Below the pieces are notes generated by a model that worked only from the letters and a program-made list of their open reading frames with translations, did no database searches and was not told the DNA's origin. Shown here in pieces: positions 9,870-19,700 of a DNA stretch of 64,000 nucleotides (position 1 is its first letter; each line of letters opens with the position of its first letter). This DNA comes from Escherichia phage vB_EcoM_G50: the sequence record NC_054917.1. One strand, 5' to 3'. Position numbers and translations under genes: made by a program.

Positions 9870-11189
9870 TCATACATAAAATACATCATAACGACCACGG
9901 GTAACACCAACATAAAGAAGTTGTTGGGCCAATTCAGCATCTGCATAATGAATACAAGGCGTATAAATGAAAGCACGGTCTACAGACATACCCTGAGCTT
10001 TATGGAATGTTGATGCAGGAAGTGCTTTCACTTTACTAAACTGTGATTTAGCATCCCAAAAATCACTCCACGGAGCCTTTCCGCCTTTATTCCAATTTTT
10101 ATAAGTTTCTGCCGTTTTACCTAAAAACAGGTTAAACTTATATAGCTCTTCATCAGATGAAATTATTTTAATCTTTTCACGATAATATTCATCATCGCCG
10201 TAAGTTTCTACTGTTAAATCCCAATGACGAATTAAGTATTCTCCAGGAACACCACGGGCTTTAACAAACGTTGATGTATACTCTGCTTCTATAATACGAA
10301 CTAATTGTCCGTTATTAAAAATAATTTCTGACACAGGCTTTCCATCAATTTTATATGTTTTAATTAATGGTTCCTGCATTACAATAATTTCACCGACAAT
10401 AAAATCTTTATCAGTTTCAAAAATCTTTTTACGAATAATGCTATTTAACTTGTCAACAGATTTATTCGTAAATGCCATTACACGATTTTCAAACAAATCA
10501 TCTAGAGATTTGACGATTGAAAAATAATTTACCATAAAATCGCGTAAAGCGGTATCACCAGTAAATCCACGTACTCCATGCCCGTCAACAACTTTATCAT
10601 AAACCCACTTACCGTTACGAACGTCAGTAGCTACATCAATAATAGGAGCATTACTGCGTTTAACTTCAGTGAGTTCACACTGATAAAAATCTTTATGTGT
10701 AAAGAATGGACTGATATAAGCAGTATTTTCTCCTGGATCAACAGGTCTAATTTGCTTATTATCACCTATTCCAATTATAGTACACCAAGGTGGAATAGTT
10801 GAAAGCAAAATTTTGAAGAGCTTTCTATCATACATTGACACTTCGTCGCAGATTAATACCCTGCATTTAGCTAAATCTGGTACTTCCTTCTGTTCAAAAA
10901 GAACGTTTTCTTCATACGTAACTGGGTTAATTTTAAGAATACTATGAATAGTACTCGCTTCTTTCCCTGATAGTTTTGAAAGAATCTTTTTAGCTGCATG
11001 AGTAGGAGCTGCTAAAATAATACCAGTTTCACCCGTAGATATTAAAGCTTCAATGATGAATTTTGTAAGAGTAGTCTTACCAGTACCAGCAGGTCCATTA
11101 ATAGTTACATGATGTTTCTTTTCTTTAATAGCCCTCATAACGATGTTAAAGGCATTTTTCTGGCCTTCGGTCAAATCATCAAATGTCAT
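9870..11189 (-). CDS. dda: Dda SF1B DNA helicase
   Basis: 439 aa, Walker A GPAGTGKT; matches T4 Dda. Confidence 0.9.
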   Translation of the reverse strand: MTFDDLTEGQKNAFNIVMRAIKEKKHHVTINGPAGTGKTTLTKFIIEALISTGETGIILAAPTHAAKKILSKLSGKEASTIHSILKINPVTYEENVLFEQKEVPDLAKCRVLICDEVSMYDRKLFKILLSTIPPWCTIIGIGDNKQIRPVDPGENTAYISPFFTHKDFYQCELTEVKRSNAPIIDVATDVRNGKWVYDKVVDGHGVRGFTGDTALRDFMVNYFSIVKSLDDLFENRVMAFTNKSVDKLNSIIRKKIFETDKDFIVGEIIVMQEPLIKTYKIDGKPVSEIIFNNGQLVRIIEAEYTSTFVKARGVPGEYLIRHWDLTVETYGDDEYYREKIKIISSDEELYKFNLFLGKTAETYKNWNKGGKAPWSDFWDAKSQFSKVKALPASTFHKAQGMSVDRAFIYTPCIHYADAELAQQLLYVGVTRGRYDVFYV

Positions 11190-11497
11190 CGTAAATTCCC
11201 TGCAATTGGAATACTAACAATACGCCCAGTATCTAGAATTCGCTGATATAATCTTTGTGTGTCTACATCAGGCTTAACATGTTTAACTTCTATTTTATTA
11301 AACCAAAATTTACGTGGAGTCTCAACTAATCTTGGAATTCCCTTGCCTAAAGCTAGTTGATACTGCTCTTTGAGAGTAGTAAAAACTCTATCAGCAATCT
11401 CTCTTTCAAAAAACACAGCAGGACGATGTTCATCAAGTGGAACTGGCGCCGTAAATCCGTCTTTGTCTCGGTAAACTATCGCATATACATAAACCAT
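11186..11497 (-). CDS. hypothetical protein (dda.1 position)
   Basis: 103-aa ORF with ATGA overlap to dda. Confidence 0.5.
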   Translation of the reverse strand: MVYVYAIVYRDKDGFTAPVPLDEHRPAVFFEREIADRVFTTLKEQYQLALGKGIPRLVETPRKFWFNKIEVKHVKPDVDTQRLYQRILDTGRIVSIPIAGNLR

Positions 11498-11498
11498 A

Positions 11499-12245
11499 TT
11501 ATCCTCGGATAAGTTTAAAAATTGAACAATTTAGCGGGTATCCTCTTTTTAATTTGAGTTTATCAATAAATGATAAGTTTTGAAACCGCTCTACACCTTG
11601 AATAATTTTATCACACATATCATATTGCATTTCTGCTTCTGACAACTTTTTCACAATTTTCCAATCCGAGCCTTTAAGAAGAACGTTCAATTTAACAACT
11701 TCAGCGCCTTCTGCTATGCGAGAACCATCAATACGAGCTTTAAGCGCTATAATTCTTAGCTTAATGTCAGAGGTCTGTTTTGATTTAGAAAGCTGAGAAA
11801 TGTGTTCAATTCGGTTTTCACGTTTTTTCTGTATAGCTTTAATTTGATTATAAGTCTTTTTGATTTTAGCCCATTTCTTTTCATCTAAATTTAGTTTATG
11901 AACTTTTTTCGCAGATGAACGACCAATTCGCAAAGCAAATAAATCCCGTTTTTCAATTAACTCTTCTAAAGTATAATCAGAACGAAATGTATTATACTTT
12001 TTCTTTACTGCAATAACATTCCCTTTAATGTATCCAACGTTATTATCAAAACGTTCTAATGATAATTTCTCTCCTTCAATACGATTATCAAAAGGTTCTC
12101 CCGAGTAAGCACAAACTTTTTGATCTAAAATGTTCTTAATGTAATTGAAGTCTAAGTTAAAATCTTTAGAACGTCTTTTTGCAGATGCCTGAGTATGCTC
12201 TAAACGACGTTTAATTTTACGAATTTGATTATTAGACAGTTTCAT
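11499..12245 (-). CDS. srd: Srd-like protein (sigma-70 mimic), 248 aa
   Basis: Position between dda.1 and modA; size as recalled for T4 Srd. Confidence 0.5.
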   Translation of the reverse strand: MKLSNNQIRKIKRRLEHTQASAKRRSKDFNLDFNYIKNILDQKVCAYSGEPFDNRIEGEKLSLERFDNNVGYIKGNVIAVKKKYNTFRSDYTLEELIEKRDLFALRIGRSSAKKVHKLNLDEKKWAKIKKTYNQIKAIQKKRENRIEHISQLSKSKQTSDIKLRIIALKARIDGSRIAEGAEVVKLNVLLKGSDWKIVKKLSEAEMQYDMCDKIIQGVERFQNLSFIDKLKLKRGYPLNCSIFKLIRG

Positions 12246-12282
12246 ATTTTTCTCACATCTTACGGACGGTTGACTACTTATA

Positions 12283-12311
12283 CTATAACATTTTTACTTT
12301 AACTTGTAAAC
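12283..12311 (-). promoter_or_regulatory. T4-type early promoter upstream of srd
   Basis: Minus strand GTTTAC-17/18-TATAGT. Confidence 0.5.
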
Positions 12312-12368
12312 AACTTTATGTAAAAATGCTTTAAAACTTTCGTGGTATAATGAATCTAAGTCCTTCCA

Positions 12369-12971
12369 TTATAGATTAAATCCTTCAAAATCAAGAGTAT
12401 AGATAGTGTATGTTGAATACTTTTTGTACTCATATCTATCTGCAATTCTAAATACACTTCCAGCTGGTATCATTACTTCTTGTTCATCTGAAACTAATTC
12501 CATATTACGATAGCGATGACTATCCGGAAACTTAAAGTTTGGATTGTATTCTTTACACCGTAGAGCTTTTATAGCATACTCCTGGAAATTGAATACCATA
12601 GGAGCTTTGAATTCAAAAATAACTTGTGTGTTATACTCTAAACCAGAAGCAAAATGCAGAGCTATATTTTTATCATATGAAGCTGATACGACTTTATCAA
12701 ATGTAATAATATCAATTCCTTGATTTAATACTTGTTTAGTCTCAGCTGGAACACCTCTCCAAAGAGGTTTATCGTTTGGAACCAAACGAGATTTGATTAT
12801 TTCATTTAACCAAGTATGGTCATCTGGTTTGTTGGTAATACAATGAATTAAAAGTTCAATTTCAGATAAATTAAACCCTTCAGAAAGTAATTCTTCACGA
12901 ATAGAAGCACGCACCGATGCATCCATTGATTTTATTTTAAAATCTTTTAGTTGCATTATTGAGTATTTCAT
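12369..12971 (-). CDS. modA: ADP-ribosyltransferase ModA
   Basis: 200 aa; paralog of adjacent modB; matches T4 arrangement. Confidence 0.75.
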   Translation of the reverse strand: MKYSIMQLKDFKIKSMDASVRASIREELLSEGFNLSEIELLIHCITNKPDDHTWLNEIIKSRLVPNDKPLWRGVPAETKQVLNQGIDIITFDKVVSASYDKNIALHFASGLEYNTQVIFEFKAPMVFNFQEYAIKALRCKEYNPNFKFPDSHRYRNMELVSDEQEVMIPAGSVFRIADRYEYKKYSTYTIYTLDFEGFNL

Positions 12972-13591
12972 TCAACTACCTCAATATCATAAACTTTAAA
13001 TGTTCCAAATGAATCGTGTAATTTTTCTTTTGAAATAGAAGTTATTCTATACTTTCCAATTGGAATCATCCATTCTTGTTCATGTACAATCATCATTAAG
13101 TTATCAGTACGCTCTGAATCTAATCCATCAGTGTCTTCATACGTGTACTTAAACTCAGTATTAGGAGAAGAAAGTATAATATCGCTGATATGGTCAGAGT
13201 AATTAAAAGCTTTATCAGTTTTTAAGCGAAGTATTATTTTAGTAAAATATTCAGCATAAGAAAAAGAACATGCTGTGAGTAAACTAGTAGTAAATGAATC
13301 TACCCTGTTCGTTGAAAACACTTCTCCAACTTGTAAATCTTTAATAAGTTCTTCTGTTGATTTTGATATACCACGATATAACTGATAAGGCGATTTAGTT
13401 AAATGCTTTTTAATGATTTTATTCAACTGCTGATGAAGAGCTTCATTCTTTTTAGCTTCCATACATTGCCAAAGAACAGACTGCTCAAAGTCAGTAAATT
13501 TTTCACAGACCTTTTTATACATATCATATTGAAAATCAACGCTTTCAGCTTTTATAGATAACTGTTCAACATCTGCAAGATTAATAATCAT
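12968..13591 (-). CDS. modB: ADP-ribosyltransferase ModB
   Basis: 207 aa; ATGA overlap with modA. Confidence 0.75.
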   Translation of the reverse strand: MIINLADVEQLSIKAESVDFQYDMYKKVCEKFTDFEQSVLWQCMEAKKNEALHQQLNKIIKKHLTKSPYQLYRGISKSTEELIKDLQVGEVFSTNRVDSFTTSLLTACSFSYAEYFTKIILRLKTDKAFNYSDHISDIILSSPNTEFKYTYEDTDGLDSERTDNLMMIVHEQEWMIPIGKYRITSISKEKLHDSFGTFKVYDIEVVE

Positions 13592-13617
13592 GATAGCCTC
13601 CGTATACTTCAGAAGCT

Positions 13618-13647
13618 ATCATATCATCGTTAGAAAGAAAAGTAAAC
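13618..13647 (-). promoter_or_regulatory. T4-type early promoter upstream of modB
   Basis: Minus strand GTTTAC-18-TATGAT. Confidence 0.5.
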
Positions 13648-13658
13648 AACTTTTTGAA

Positions 13659-13841
13659 TTATTTTGCCCAGGGAGCCCAGGGCGGAGGGTCAAGATGGTA
13701 TGAAGCTAGTTCTTCTAGAAGAGCATCTGGGGCTTCAATTCCATAATTCTGTAATACTATACGGTACTCTTTCTTATAATCACTAGAATCATTCTGGATA
13801 TTCGTAGAATGATTATCTTCTAACATCTCAAATAAATCCAT
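13659..13841 (-). CDS. hypothetical small protein
   Basis: 60-aa ORF. Confidence 0.4.
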   Translation of the reverse strand: MDLFEMLEDNHSTNIQNDSSDYKKEYRIVLQNYGIEAPDALLEELASYHLDPPPWAPWAK

Positions 13842-13849
13842 ATTAATTC

Positions 13850-14320
13850 CTAGCGATAAAAACCAAACCGACGATTAGTTTCAATAATCTTTCTTTCTTC
13901 TTCGGACATTCTCCAGCGTAGTCCAACATCAAAATGAGCCCAGACCATCTTAACAAATGCATTTATATCTTTAATATCTTCAATAATGAATGTTTTACTT
14001 TTAGAAGGTTGACTAGCTAATTTAACTTTATCGTCTTCAAACAGGTCAAAAAGACCATATTCATGAGCTCTTTTATAGCCTTTAATAGTTAAAGCTTCAG
14101 AAGAAGAAAACGGTGAATCAGTATTCTGCAAAATATCTTCAGTATGCTTTATAATTAGAATAACATTTTCTGGATATTTTCTTTCTTTTATATCTTTAAT
14201 TAAAAAATCCGGATTTTCTGCTAAAGGAATAATTAATGAGCATTTTTTATCAAGTGTATTTACTGATTTACCTTCTTTAGACATAAATTCTATTGAATAT
14301 AGTTTTGCTACTTCAATCAT
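13850..14320 (-). CDS. hypothetical protein
   Basis: 156-aa ORF. Confidence 0.45.
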   Translation of the reverse strand: MIEVAKLYSIEFMSKEGKSVNTLDKKCSLIIPLAENPDFLIKDIKERKYPENVILIIKHTEDILQNTDSPFSSSEALTIKGYKRAHEYGLFDLFEDDKVKLASQPSKSKTFIIEDIKDINAFVKMVWAHFDVGLRWRMSEEERKIIETNRRFGFYR

Positions 14321-14477
14321 GTGATTTCCTTTTGCCTACTAATGGACCGTCAGGAATTTTGTTTTCCTGAATGTATTTCTCATTTTCTTCCATCATTTTA
14401 CTACCAATTTTAAGAAGCAAATCCATTGCTTCATTTGCTTTTGCTTTGGCCTCTTCTAACGTCATATCTTTGCTCAT
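14313..14477 (-). CDS. hypothetical small protein, 54 aa
   Basis: Hand-translated [21 protein letters not shown]...; overlaps start of downstream ORF. Confidence 0.4.
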   Translation of the reverse strand: MSKDMTLEEAKAKANEAMDLLLKIGSKMMEENEKYIQENKIPDGPLVGKRKSHD

Positions 14478-14677
14478 GATTTATCACCGTAAATATCTCT
14501 CATTAATTTAAGAGCTGAGCGCTCTAATTTCTTTTCTTGCTCAGCTTTAATCATAGATTTCATCCATTCTTCCGATTCGTTCTGCATTTCTTTATTTGCC
14601 TGTTCACCCCAACCATCGTCAATATACATTGAGTTTGGTCTATTGAACCATTCAAGCATTTTCTTCAGAACTTTCAT
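14474..14677 (-). CDS. hypothetical small protein
   Basis: 67-aa ORF. Confidence 0.4.
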   Translation of the reverse strand: MKVLKKMLEWFNRPNSMYIDDGWGEQANKEMQNESEEWMKSMIKAEQEKKLERSALKLMRDIYGDKS

Positions 14678-15149
14678 TTGTTTTACCTAAAACAATAGTA
14701 GGAGCATCGTCAAATTCATGAATTTTTAGCAATTTTGGATTTAAATTATTCCATAAAGAGGTAATAAAATATGATAGCGCACTTTCGTCCGTAATTATAA
14801 ATTTATTTCCCTTATCAATTTTCCAGTCATATATTGAATCATATGAATAGAAGGATAACGGTTTATTATTATAGTATGCTTCAGCAACATCAATATAGTT
14901 AGATTTAGTAAATGCTTGAATTGCCATAAATGGAGAATTTTGTACAGTTTCAATAATTCCGATCTTTTTAAGTTTTATTTCAACATCTTCTGGAACTGGC
15001 ATTGAAATAAAATCTTCTACTAGATACATGTCATTGTCATATCTTTTATCAATCATTACTGCTACTGTAATTGGAACATCCTTGACAAACGTCATACTAA
15101 TACTATTGATAGACATTTCAAACAAAATCGCTTCCATAATTTTCCTCAA
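14652..15149 (-). CDS. hypothetical protein
   Basis: 165-aa ORF. Confidence 0.45.
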   Translation of the reverse strand: MRKIMEAILFEMSINSISMTFVKDVPITVAVMIDKRYDNDMYLVEDFISMPVPEDVEIKLKKIGIIETVQNSPFMAIQAFTKSNYIDVAEAYYNNKPLSFYSYDSIYDWKIDKGNKFIITDESALSYFITSLWNNLNPKLLKIHEFDDAPTIVLGKTNESSEENA

Positions 15150-15487
15150 TCACAAGATGTAGATGAACAACTAGAATCACAAGAACTTCCACATGAATCG
15201 CCCGTCCATACATGAACAGGAACATTTGTATCATATGAATCAGAACTAGACTGTGTTTTCTGTGCATTAGATGATGTAGTAGGTGTTGACCAGCGCCAAG
15301 GATTTTTATAATATTCTTGGGCTTCTTCATAAGTCATAGTAACTGCTTCTACTGTTCCATCTCCCATATAAACATACTCAACTACAGTTAAAGGAAGGTA
15401 GTCATTTGAAATAGGAACTACACCTTCTCCGGGAGTTGTAGAGAAAAAATCTGTAAAGAAACTTTTAAACCAATTAAAGATAAACAT
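15146..15487 (-). CDS. hypothetical protein with Cys/Ser-rich C-terminal tail
   Basis: 113 aa ending ...[17 protein letters not shown]. Confidence 0.45.
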   Translation of the reverse strand: MFIFNWFKSFFTDFFSTTPGEGVVPISNDYLPLTVVEYVYMGDGTVEAVTMTYEEAQEYYKNPWRWSTPTTSSNAQKTQSSSDSYDTNVPVHVWTGDSCGSSCDSSCSSTSCD

Positions 15488-15693
15488 TACAAAAAGCCTC
15501 TCTTGAATTCGACTTGCTTTTCGCCATAATCATATCGAATTTCTGCATTAAATTCGACAGAACCATCTGCGTACATCATAAATGAATGAACAACAACTTC
15601 TGTAGACCATGGTTGCAGTTCATATTTCTTCATTACATGCCGTGAAATGATAATATCTAAATCTTCATTTGGTTTAATCCAACGATTTAACAT
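15487..15693 (-). CDS. hypothetical small protein
   Basis: 68-aa ORF. Confidence 0.4.
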   Translation of the reverse strand: MLNRWIKPNEDLDIIISRHVMKKYELQPWSTEVVVHSFMMYADGSVEFNAEIRYDYGEKQVEFKRGFL

Positions 15694-15720
15694 AGTGCTC
15701 TCCTCTATAAGATAATTCTA

Positions 15721-15750
15721 TTATACCATACTCATTTTGGAAAGTAAACC
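15721..15750 (-). promoter_or_regulatory. T4-type early promoter
   Basis: Minus strand GTTTAC-18-TATAAT. Confidence 0.55.
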
Positions 15751-15760
15751 GTTTAAATGA

Positions 15761-15784
15761 AAAAAGGACTCCCGAAGGAGTCCT
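15761..15784 (-). terminator. rho-independent terminator after soc
   Basis: GGACUCC-UUCG-GGAGUCC hairpin followed by U6 on the minus-strand transcript. Confidence 0.65.
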
Positions 15785-15789
15785 TGAAT

Positions 15790-16035
15790 TTATTCACCAG
15801 TTACTTTCCACAAATCTTCATTTGCAGCAATCCATTCAGTACGTTGATTTTCTTCATATACTGTAGAATATGCTGCTTTTTCTGAAGGGAATGTCTGGTA
15901 ATGAGCGCCAGAAATTTTGTGAACGTCAGAATAAAGAGGGAAAGCTACAGAAATTTCCTTTCCTTCAATTTTCTTATTTCCATCTAATTTCTGCTCAAAT
16001 GTTTTAATATTAACATAACCGCGAGTACTAGCCAT
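15790..16035 (-). CDS. soc: small outer capsid protein Soc
   Basis: MASTRGYVNIKTFEQKLDG...; matches T4 Soc. Confidence 0.9.
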   Translation of the reverse strand: MASTRGYVNIKTFEQKLDGNKKIEGKEISVAFPLYSDVHKISGAHYQTFPSEKAAYSTVYEENQRTEWIAANEDLWKVTGE

Positions 16036-16065
16036 GTAATTCTCCTTTTATTTAAATTACATGAC

Positions 16066-16073
16066 TATTTATA
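16066..16073 (-). promoter_or_regulatory. T4 late promoter TATAAATA upstream of soc
   Basis: Exact TATAAATA on minus strand, followed by AAGGAG Shine-Dalgarno. Confidence 0.6.
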
Positions 16074-16117
16074 ATAAATTCTCACATCTTTTAAGTCATC
16101 GTTTAATAAACGAACTA

Positions 16118-16636
16118 TTAATAACCTCGATCTTGACGCGCGAAATTTTCAGCATTTTTCAGGTAATACAGTTTAAAGATTTCTTCAGCAGTAAGACCAA
16201 GACCTTGGAACATATTCAGAACGAAATGGAGAATATCAATCATTTCAAATTTAATTTCCAACTGGTCTTGCGGAGACAAATCAGTAATCAGAGTTTCACG
16301 ACGTTCACCATGCTGCGACTTCCAAGGTTTCCATACAGCAGATGCATCTTTTTCACCATTACTCATACCACCGAGAGAAGTCAGAAGTTCACGGAATTCA
16401 TCGTCAATATAATCTTTCTGATTACGCAACCAATCAACAACTTCACCGGCAGTAGCCAAGTCATCAGGATGACGATTATATTCAGGTTTATCTTTAGCTA
16501 AACGAATCTGCAGAGATTTCTGCATGTCAAGCATAACCTGCAGCGGGTCTTTTTCATCACCGAGAATATCCCAATATTCATTTTGAGCTTTATCAGCGCC
16601 TTCGATCAGTTGACTACATTCGTTGAAATGTGGCAT
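16118..16636 (-). CDS. 56: dCTP pyrophosphatase gp56
   Basis: 172-aa ORF matching T4 gp56 as recalled. Confidence 0.88.
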   Translation of the reverse strand: MPHFNECSQLIEGADKAQNEYWDILGDEKDPLQVMLDMQKSLQIRLAKDKPEYNRHPDDLATAGEVVDWLRNQKDYIDDEFRELLTSLGGMSNGEKDASAVWKPWKSQHGERRETLITDLSPQDQLEIKFEMIDILHFVLNMFQGLGLTAEEIFKLYYLKNAENFARQDRGY

Positions 16637-16637
16637 G

Positions 16638-17288
16638 TTATTTTTCCTTTCTTATGAAGTTTTCTATCATATGTCTATAGCAGATATTAGGATAACCTGC
16701 CTTGACAGCTATTTTATTAAATTTTGTGCGCTTAGGTCTATTATTATAAACCCATAATTCATAAAGCGCATCATAACTATTCCATATTTCTCCTCGCCTA
16801 GGATTTGGTAAACCATATCGAGGCGAATTTTTACCGCTAAATCTTCCTTTTCGGGCTTTACTCATATTAGCCTTGGCTTCATCGGATATAATTTTACCTT
16901 TATGAGCTAGACGCATTTTGGCTTTAGTTTCTTCTGGAGTCTTTTTACCTTTAATCCATGACGGCTTGCCATATCTAGGATTATTTTCACCCGAGAAAAG
17001 AACAGAGTTTTGGATTTTAAGGGTTTCTATTAATCTACTTGTTAATTTAACACCTTTATTATATCGCATTAAATTTACAGCATAATGCAATCCTCTCACA
17101 TCTGGATATATTTTAGTTAATAATCTATGAGCTATAAAATGCTCACGCGCAGTTAACTCAACAAGATTGTTTTTGCCATCTGCTCCTCCCATACATCTAG
17201 GAATTATATGATGGCGTTCTTTATATCCGCCAAGATGCCGGCATTTAGCTTTTGTAATTAAAGCCGAGTAAATTTTTTGGTAATTCAC
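16638..17288 (-). mobile_element. HNH homing endonuclease (Mob family), 216 aa
   Basis: HNH motif ERHHIIPRCMGG...NLV...REHFIAH; repeated G.N.PRYG motifs; GTG start; N-terminus paralogous to mobA-like ORF at 2960-3778. Confidence 0.8.
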
Positions 17289-17321
17289 ATATATCCTTTC
17301 AATTCATGGGTTAGTAGATTA

Positions 17322-17346
17322 ATTATACAATAAATATATAAAGCAA
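17322..17346 (-). promoter_or_regulatory. MotA-box middle promoter upstream of the HNH gene
   Basis: Minus strand TTGCTTTA then 11 nt then TATAAT. Confidence 0.45.
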
Positions 17347-17358
17347 TAAGGAGGACAT

Positions 17359-17559
17359 ATGGTACAAAAATTAATGGCACTTGTTAATGCCATAAAAGGT
17401 AATAAAAAACGTATAGCTTTTACTATTTCTGCTATGGTAGGAATTTTACTCTGGAACTTTATTCTATCACCTGTTGCAATTGCGCATGGTATTAATATTC
17501 CAGTAGTTACTCTTGATACATTTGTAGATTTAGCATTTGCTTTAGTTGGGTTGATTTAA
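17359..17559 (+). CDS. small membrane protein, 66 aa, two predicted TM helices
   Basis: Only plus-strand ORF with a strong SD (TAAGGAGG, 4 nt before ATG); hydrophobic segments; convergent with gene 61, stop codons overlap. Confidence 0.5.
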   Translation: MVQKLMALVNAIKGNKKRIAFTISAMVGILLWNFILSPVAIAHGINIPVVTLDTFVDLAFALVGLI

Positions 17560-18584
17560 ATCTTAGCATATTTAGATAGCCGCATTTTAGCCATCAACCC
17601 CTGGGCAATATTATTTTTCATATATTCCATAATTTGTTCAGGGGTTGCACCTTCCTTTCTAATCATATCATTGACATCTTTTGATTTCCAGGGAGATTTA
17701 TCCCAAAACATAACCCTTTCTCCTGCATCAACTAATTTAGTCATTCGCTTAATAGTGTCAGGATGACGAGGTTCATTATCTAAAACCCACACACGTCTAT
17801 CTTTAAATGGAACAACTTCTAGGTCTAATTGACCACCCGTAATAGCTATACCATTTTCAATAAAAAGTGAATCTATAGGTCCTTCTAGAACATATACATC
17901 ACCATCTTTAACTCGTTCTACTCCATAGATTTTTGTTGCCTCAGGATAAGCTTTGATGGTGATATATTTTTGGGGAGCATCTTTCTTTAATGCACGTCCT
18001 TGAAAAGACTCAGCTTTTCCATTAGCATTATAAATTGGAATAACAAGACGAGGCTCAGAAATTTCCTTTTTGTATGTTCCCGGTGCTATGCTATTAACTA
18101 ATTTAGGCCATTCGGTTGTAAACCAAAGATATTTCCATTTATCCTTTGGAATACAACGAGCTTTTACATATTTTATAATTGGATGGTCTTCCGCCAGTTT
18201 ATCTAATCTAACACATGACGGAAGAGATTTAATTATTTTCTTCTCAGGTTGCTTAGGAAGTTCTTTAGGTTTTTCTACTGGACGACTTTTACCTTTTTCT
18301 TTTCTTATTTCAAAGATATACTCACGATATAAATCGGGTTCAAACTCCTTTAAATATATTCCGATTGGTGCATGATAGTTACAGTTATAACAATGAATAT
18401 TTCCTTCATTATTATCACCATAATACCATCCACGAGCTTTATTCTGGTCGGTTTTTGAATCTCCACAAACAGGACATCTAAACCGCAATTTAAAAGTTGA
18501 ACTATTATTTACTTGTGTGAATTTAGGTAAATGAGCTAATGCACGATACGCAAACTCATTATCAATCCAAGGTATTGATGACAT
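17556..18584 (-). CDS. 61: DNA primase gp61
   Basis: 342 aa; zinc ribbon CPVCGD...CYNCNYH; matches T4 gp61. Confidence 0.9.
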   Translation of the reverse strand: MSSIPWIDNEFAYRALAHLPKFTQVNNSSTFKLRFRCPVCGDSKTDQNKARGWYYGDNNEGNIHCYNCNYHAPIGIYLKEFEPDLYREYIFEIRKEKGKSRPVEKPKELPKQPEKKIIKSLPSCVRLDKLAEDHPIIKYVKARCIPKDKWKYLWFTTEWPKLVNSIAPGTYKKEISEPRLVIPIYNANGKAESFQGRALKKDAPQKYITIKAYPEATKIYGVERVKDGDVYVLEGPIDSLFIENGIAITGGQLDLEVVPFKDRRVWVLDNEPRHPDTIKRMTKLVDAGERVMFWDKSPWKSKDVNDMIRKEGATPEQIMEYMKNNIAQGLMAKMRLSKYAKI

Positions 18585-18586
18585 TT

Positions 18587-18751
18587 TTACTCTTCTTTTT
18601 CTTTAGATTCCTCTTTTTTCTTTTTAGGAATCTGTTCAGGACCTTTATTTACTACAGCGCCTGATGTTGTTCCAGTAGAGATATTTTCAGGATTACCACC
18701 TGAATCTCCAGCGACCATATCTTCTTTGATAAATTCTTTATATGTTTTCAT
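18587..18751 (-). CDS. small protein with capsid-targeting-like N-terminus (61.1 position)
   Basis: Hand-translated 54 aa MKTYKEFIKEDMVAGDSGG...; SD AGAGG upstream. Confidence 0.45.
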   Translation of the reverse strand: MKTYKEFIKEDMVAGDSGGNPENISTGTTSGAVVNKGPEQIPKKKKEESKEKEE

Positions 18752-18752
18752 A

Positions 18753-19379
18753 TTAACCTCTATTCATAAAAGAATTAAAAATTTGGTCATCAATAGAAAC
18801 ATTTACTTTAGACTGTTTTTCGGATGGTAATTCATATCCACATATTACAATTTTGTGATCAATATCAAAATACACAGAAGCAATATGATTAATGCTGTTT
18901 TCAGTAAAGTCTAAATCAACATCAATATCTTTTTGACCAAAGCCCAAAGGATAAATAATGCGAGTAATTCGATTATCTTTAACAAAGATTCCACCGACAT
19001 ACTCTGTACTGCGTTTAAAGTCTACACGCCGACGAAATGAAAAATATTCAGGCTCTTTATGAGCTCGGCTCATAGGGCACAACGAATAACTAGAATAAGA
19101 GATGTCAAATCCTACGCCTTCAATATGAACTAAATTGTCATGATTAAACCAATTATAATCATATGCCAAGTCCATTAGATTGTCATATGTGAAAGGCACC
19201 GGATTAACATCATTGGTCACAAGCATATAATTAGCAACTGCTATAATTTCATTATTTTTAACGAATACAAACCGTGATTGGTGCGAATGGCCTGGACCTG
19301 CGTTTTCACGATTAATGATATAACACTGGGCACCTTTATATTTGTACGTGTCTTTACACTTGTGCATTTGATAAAGCAT
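18753..19379 (-). CDS. hypothetical protein (61.2 position)
   Basis: 208-aa ORF. Confidence 0.5.
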   Translation of the reverse strand: MLYQMHKCKDTYKYKGAQCYIINRENAGPGHSHQSRFVFVKNNEIIAVANYMLVTNDVNPVPFTYDNLMDLAYDYNWFNHDNLVHIEGVGFDISYSSYSLCPMSRAHKEPEYFSFRRRVDFKRSTEYVGGIFVKDNRITRIIYPLGFGQKDIDVDLDFTENSINHIASVYFDIDHKIVICGYELPSEKQSKVNVSIDDQIFNSFMNRG

Positions 19380-19672
19380 TATTCACCTACCACTTCAGCG
19401 ATGATATTTTTATTATTAAAGTTTTTATCGCAATACAGAACATAATTATACTGCATTACACCACCAGACTTAAGCTGTTTTTGCACTTCAGCTTTCATTT
19501 CAGGACGATCGCGCTCAACGATATTCATAATATCTGCTTCAATTTGGGTTTCAACTTCAGTCTGATCAGCAGTCATAGACCATTCGCACAAATCTTTATC
19601 ATAACCTGCCATAGCAGGCTGAGCAGCACAAGAAGCTAAAGCAAAAATTGTAGCAAAGATAAATTTTTTCAT
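19379..19672 (-). CDS. sp: Spackle periplasmic protein
   Basis: 97 aa with signal peptide; size and position match T4 sp. Confidence 0.75.
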   Translation of the reverse strand: MKKFIFATIFALASCAAQPAMAGYDKDLCEWSMTADQTEVETQIEADIMNIVERDRPEMKAEVQKQLKSGGVMQYNYVLYCDKNFNNKNIIAEVVGE

Positions 19673-19700
19673 GATAATCTCCTCAGTAGTTTATGTTTAT

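Noticed and set aside
16061-16501. 146-aa plus-strand ORF
   Set aside because: Lies entirely antisense within gene 56, has no SD and no recognisable protein features; typical shadow ORF
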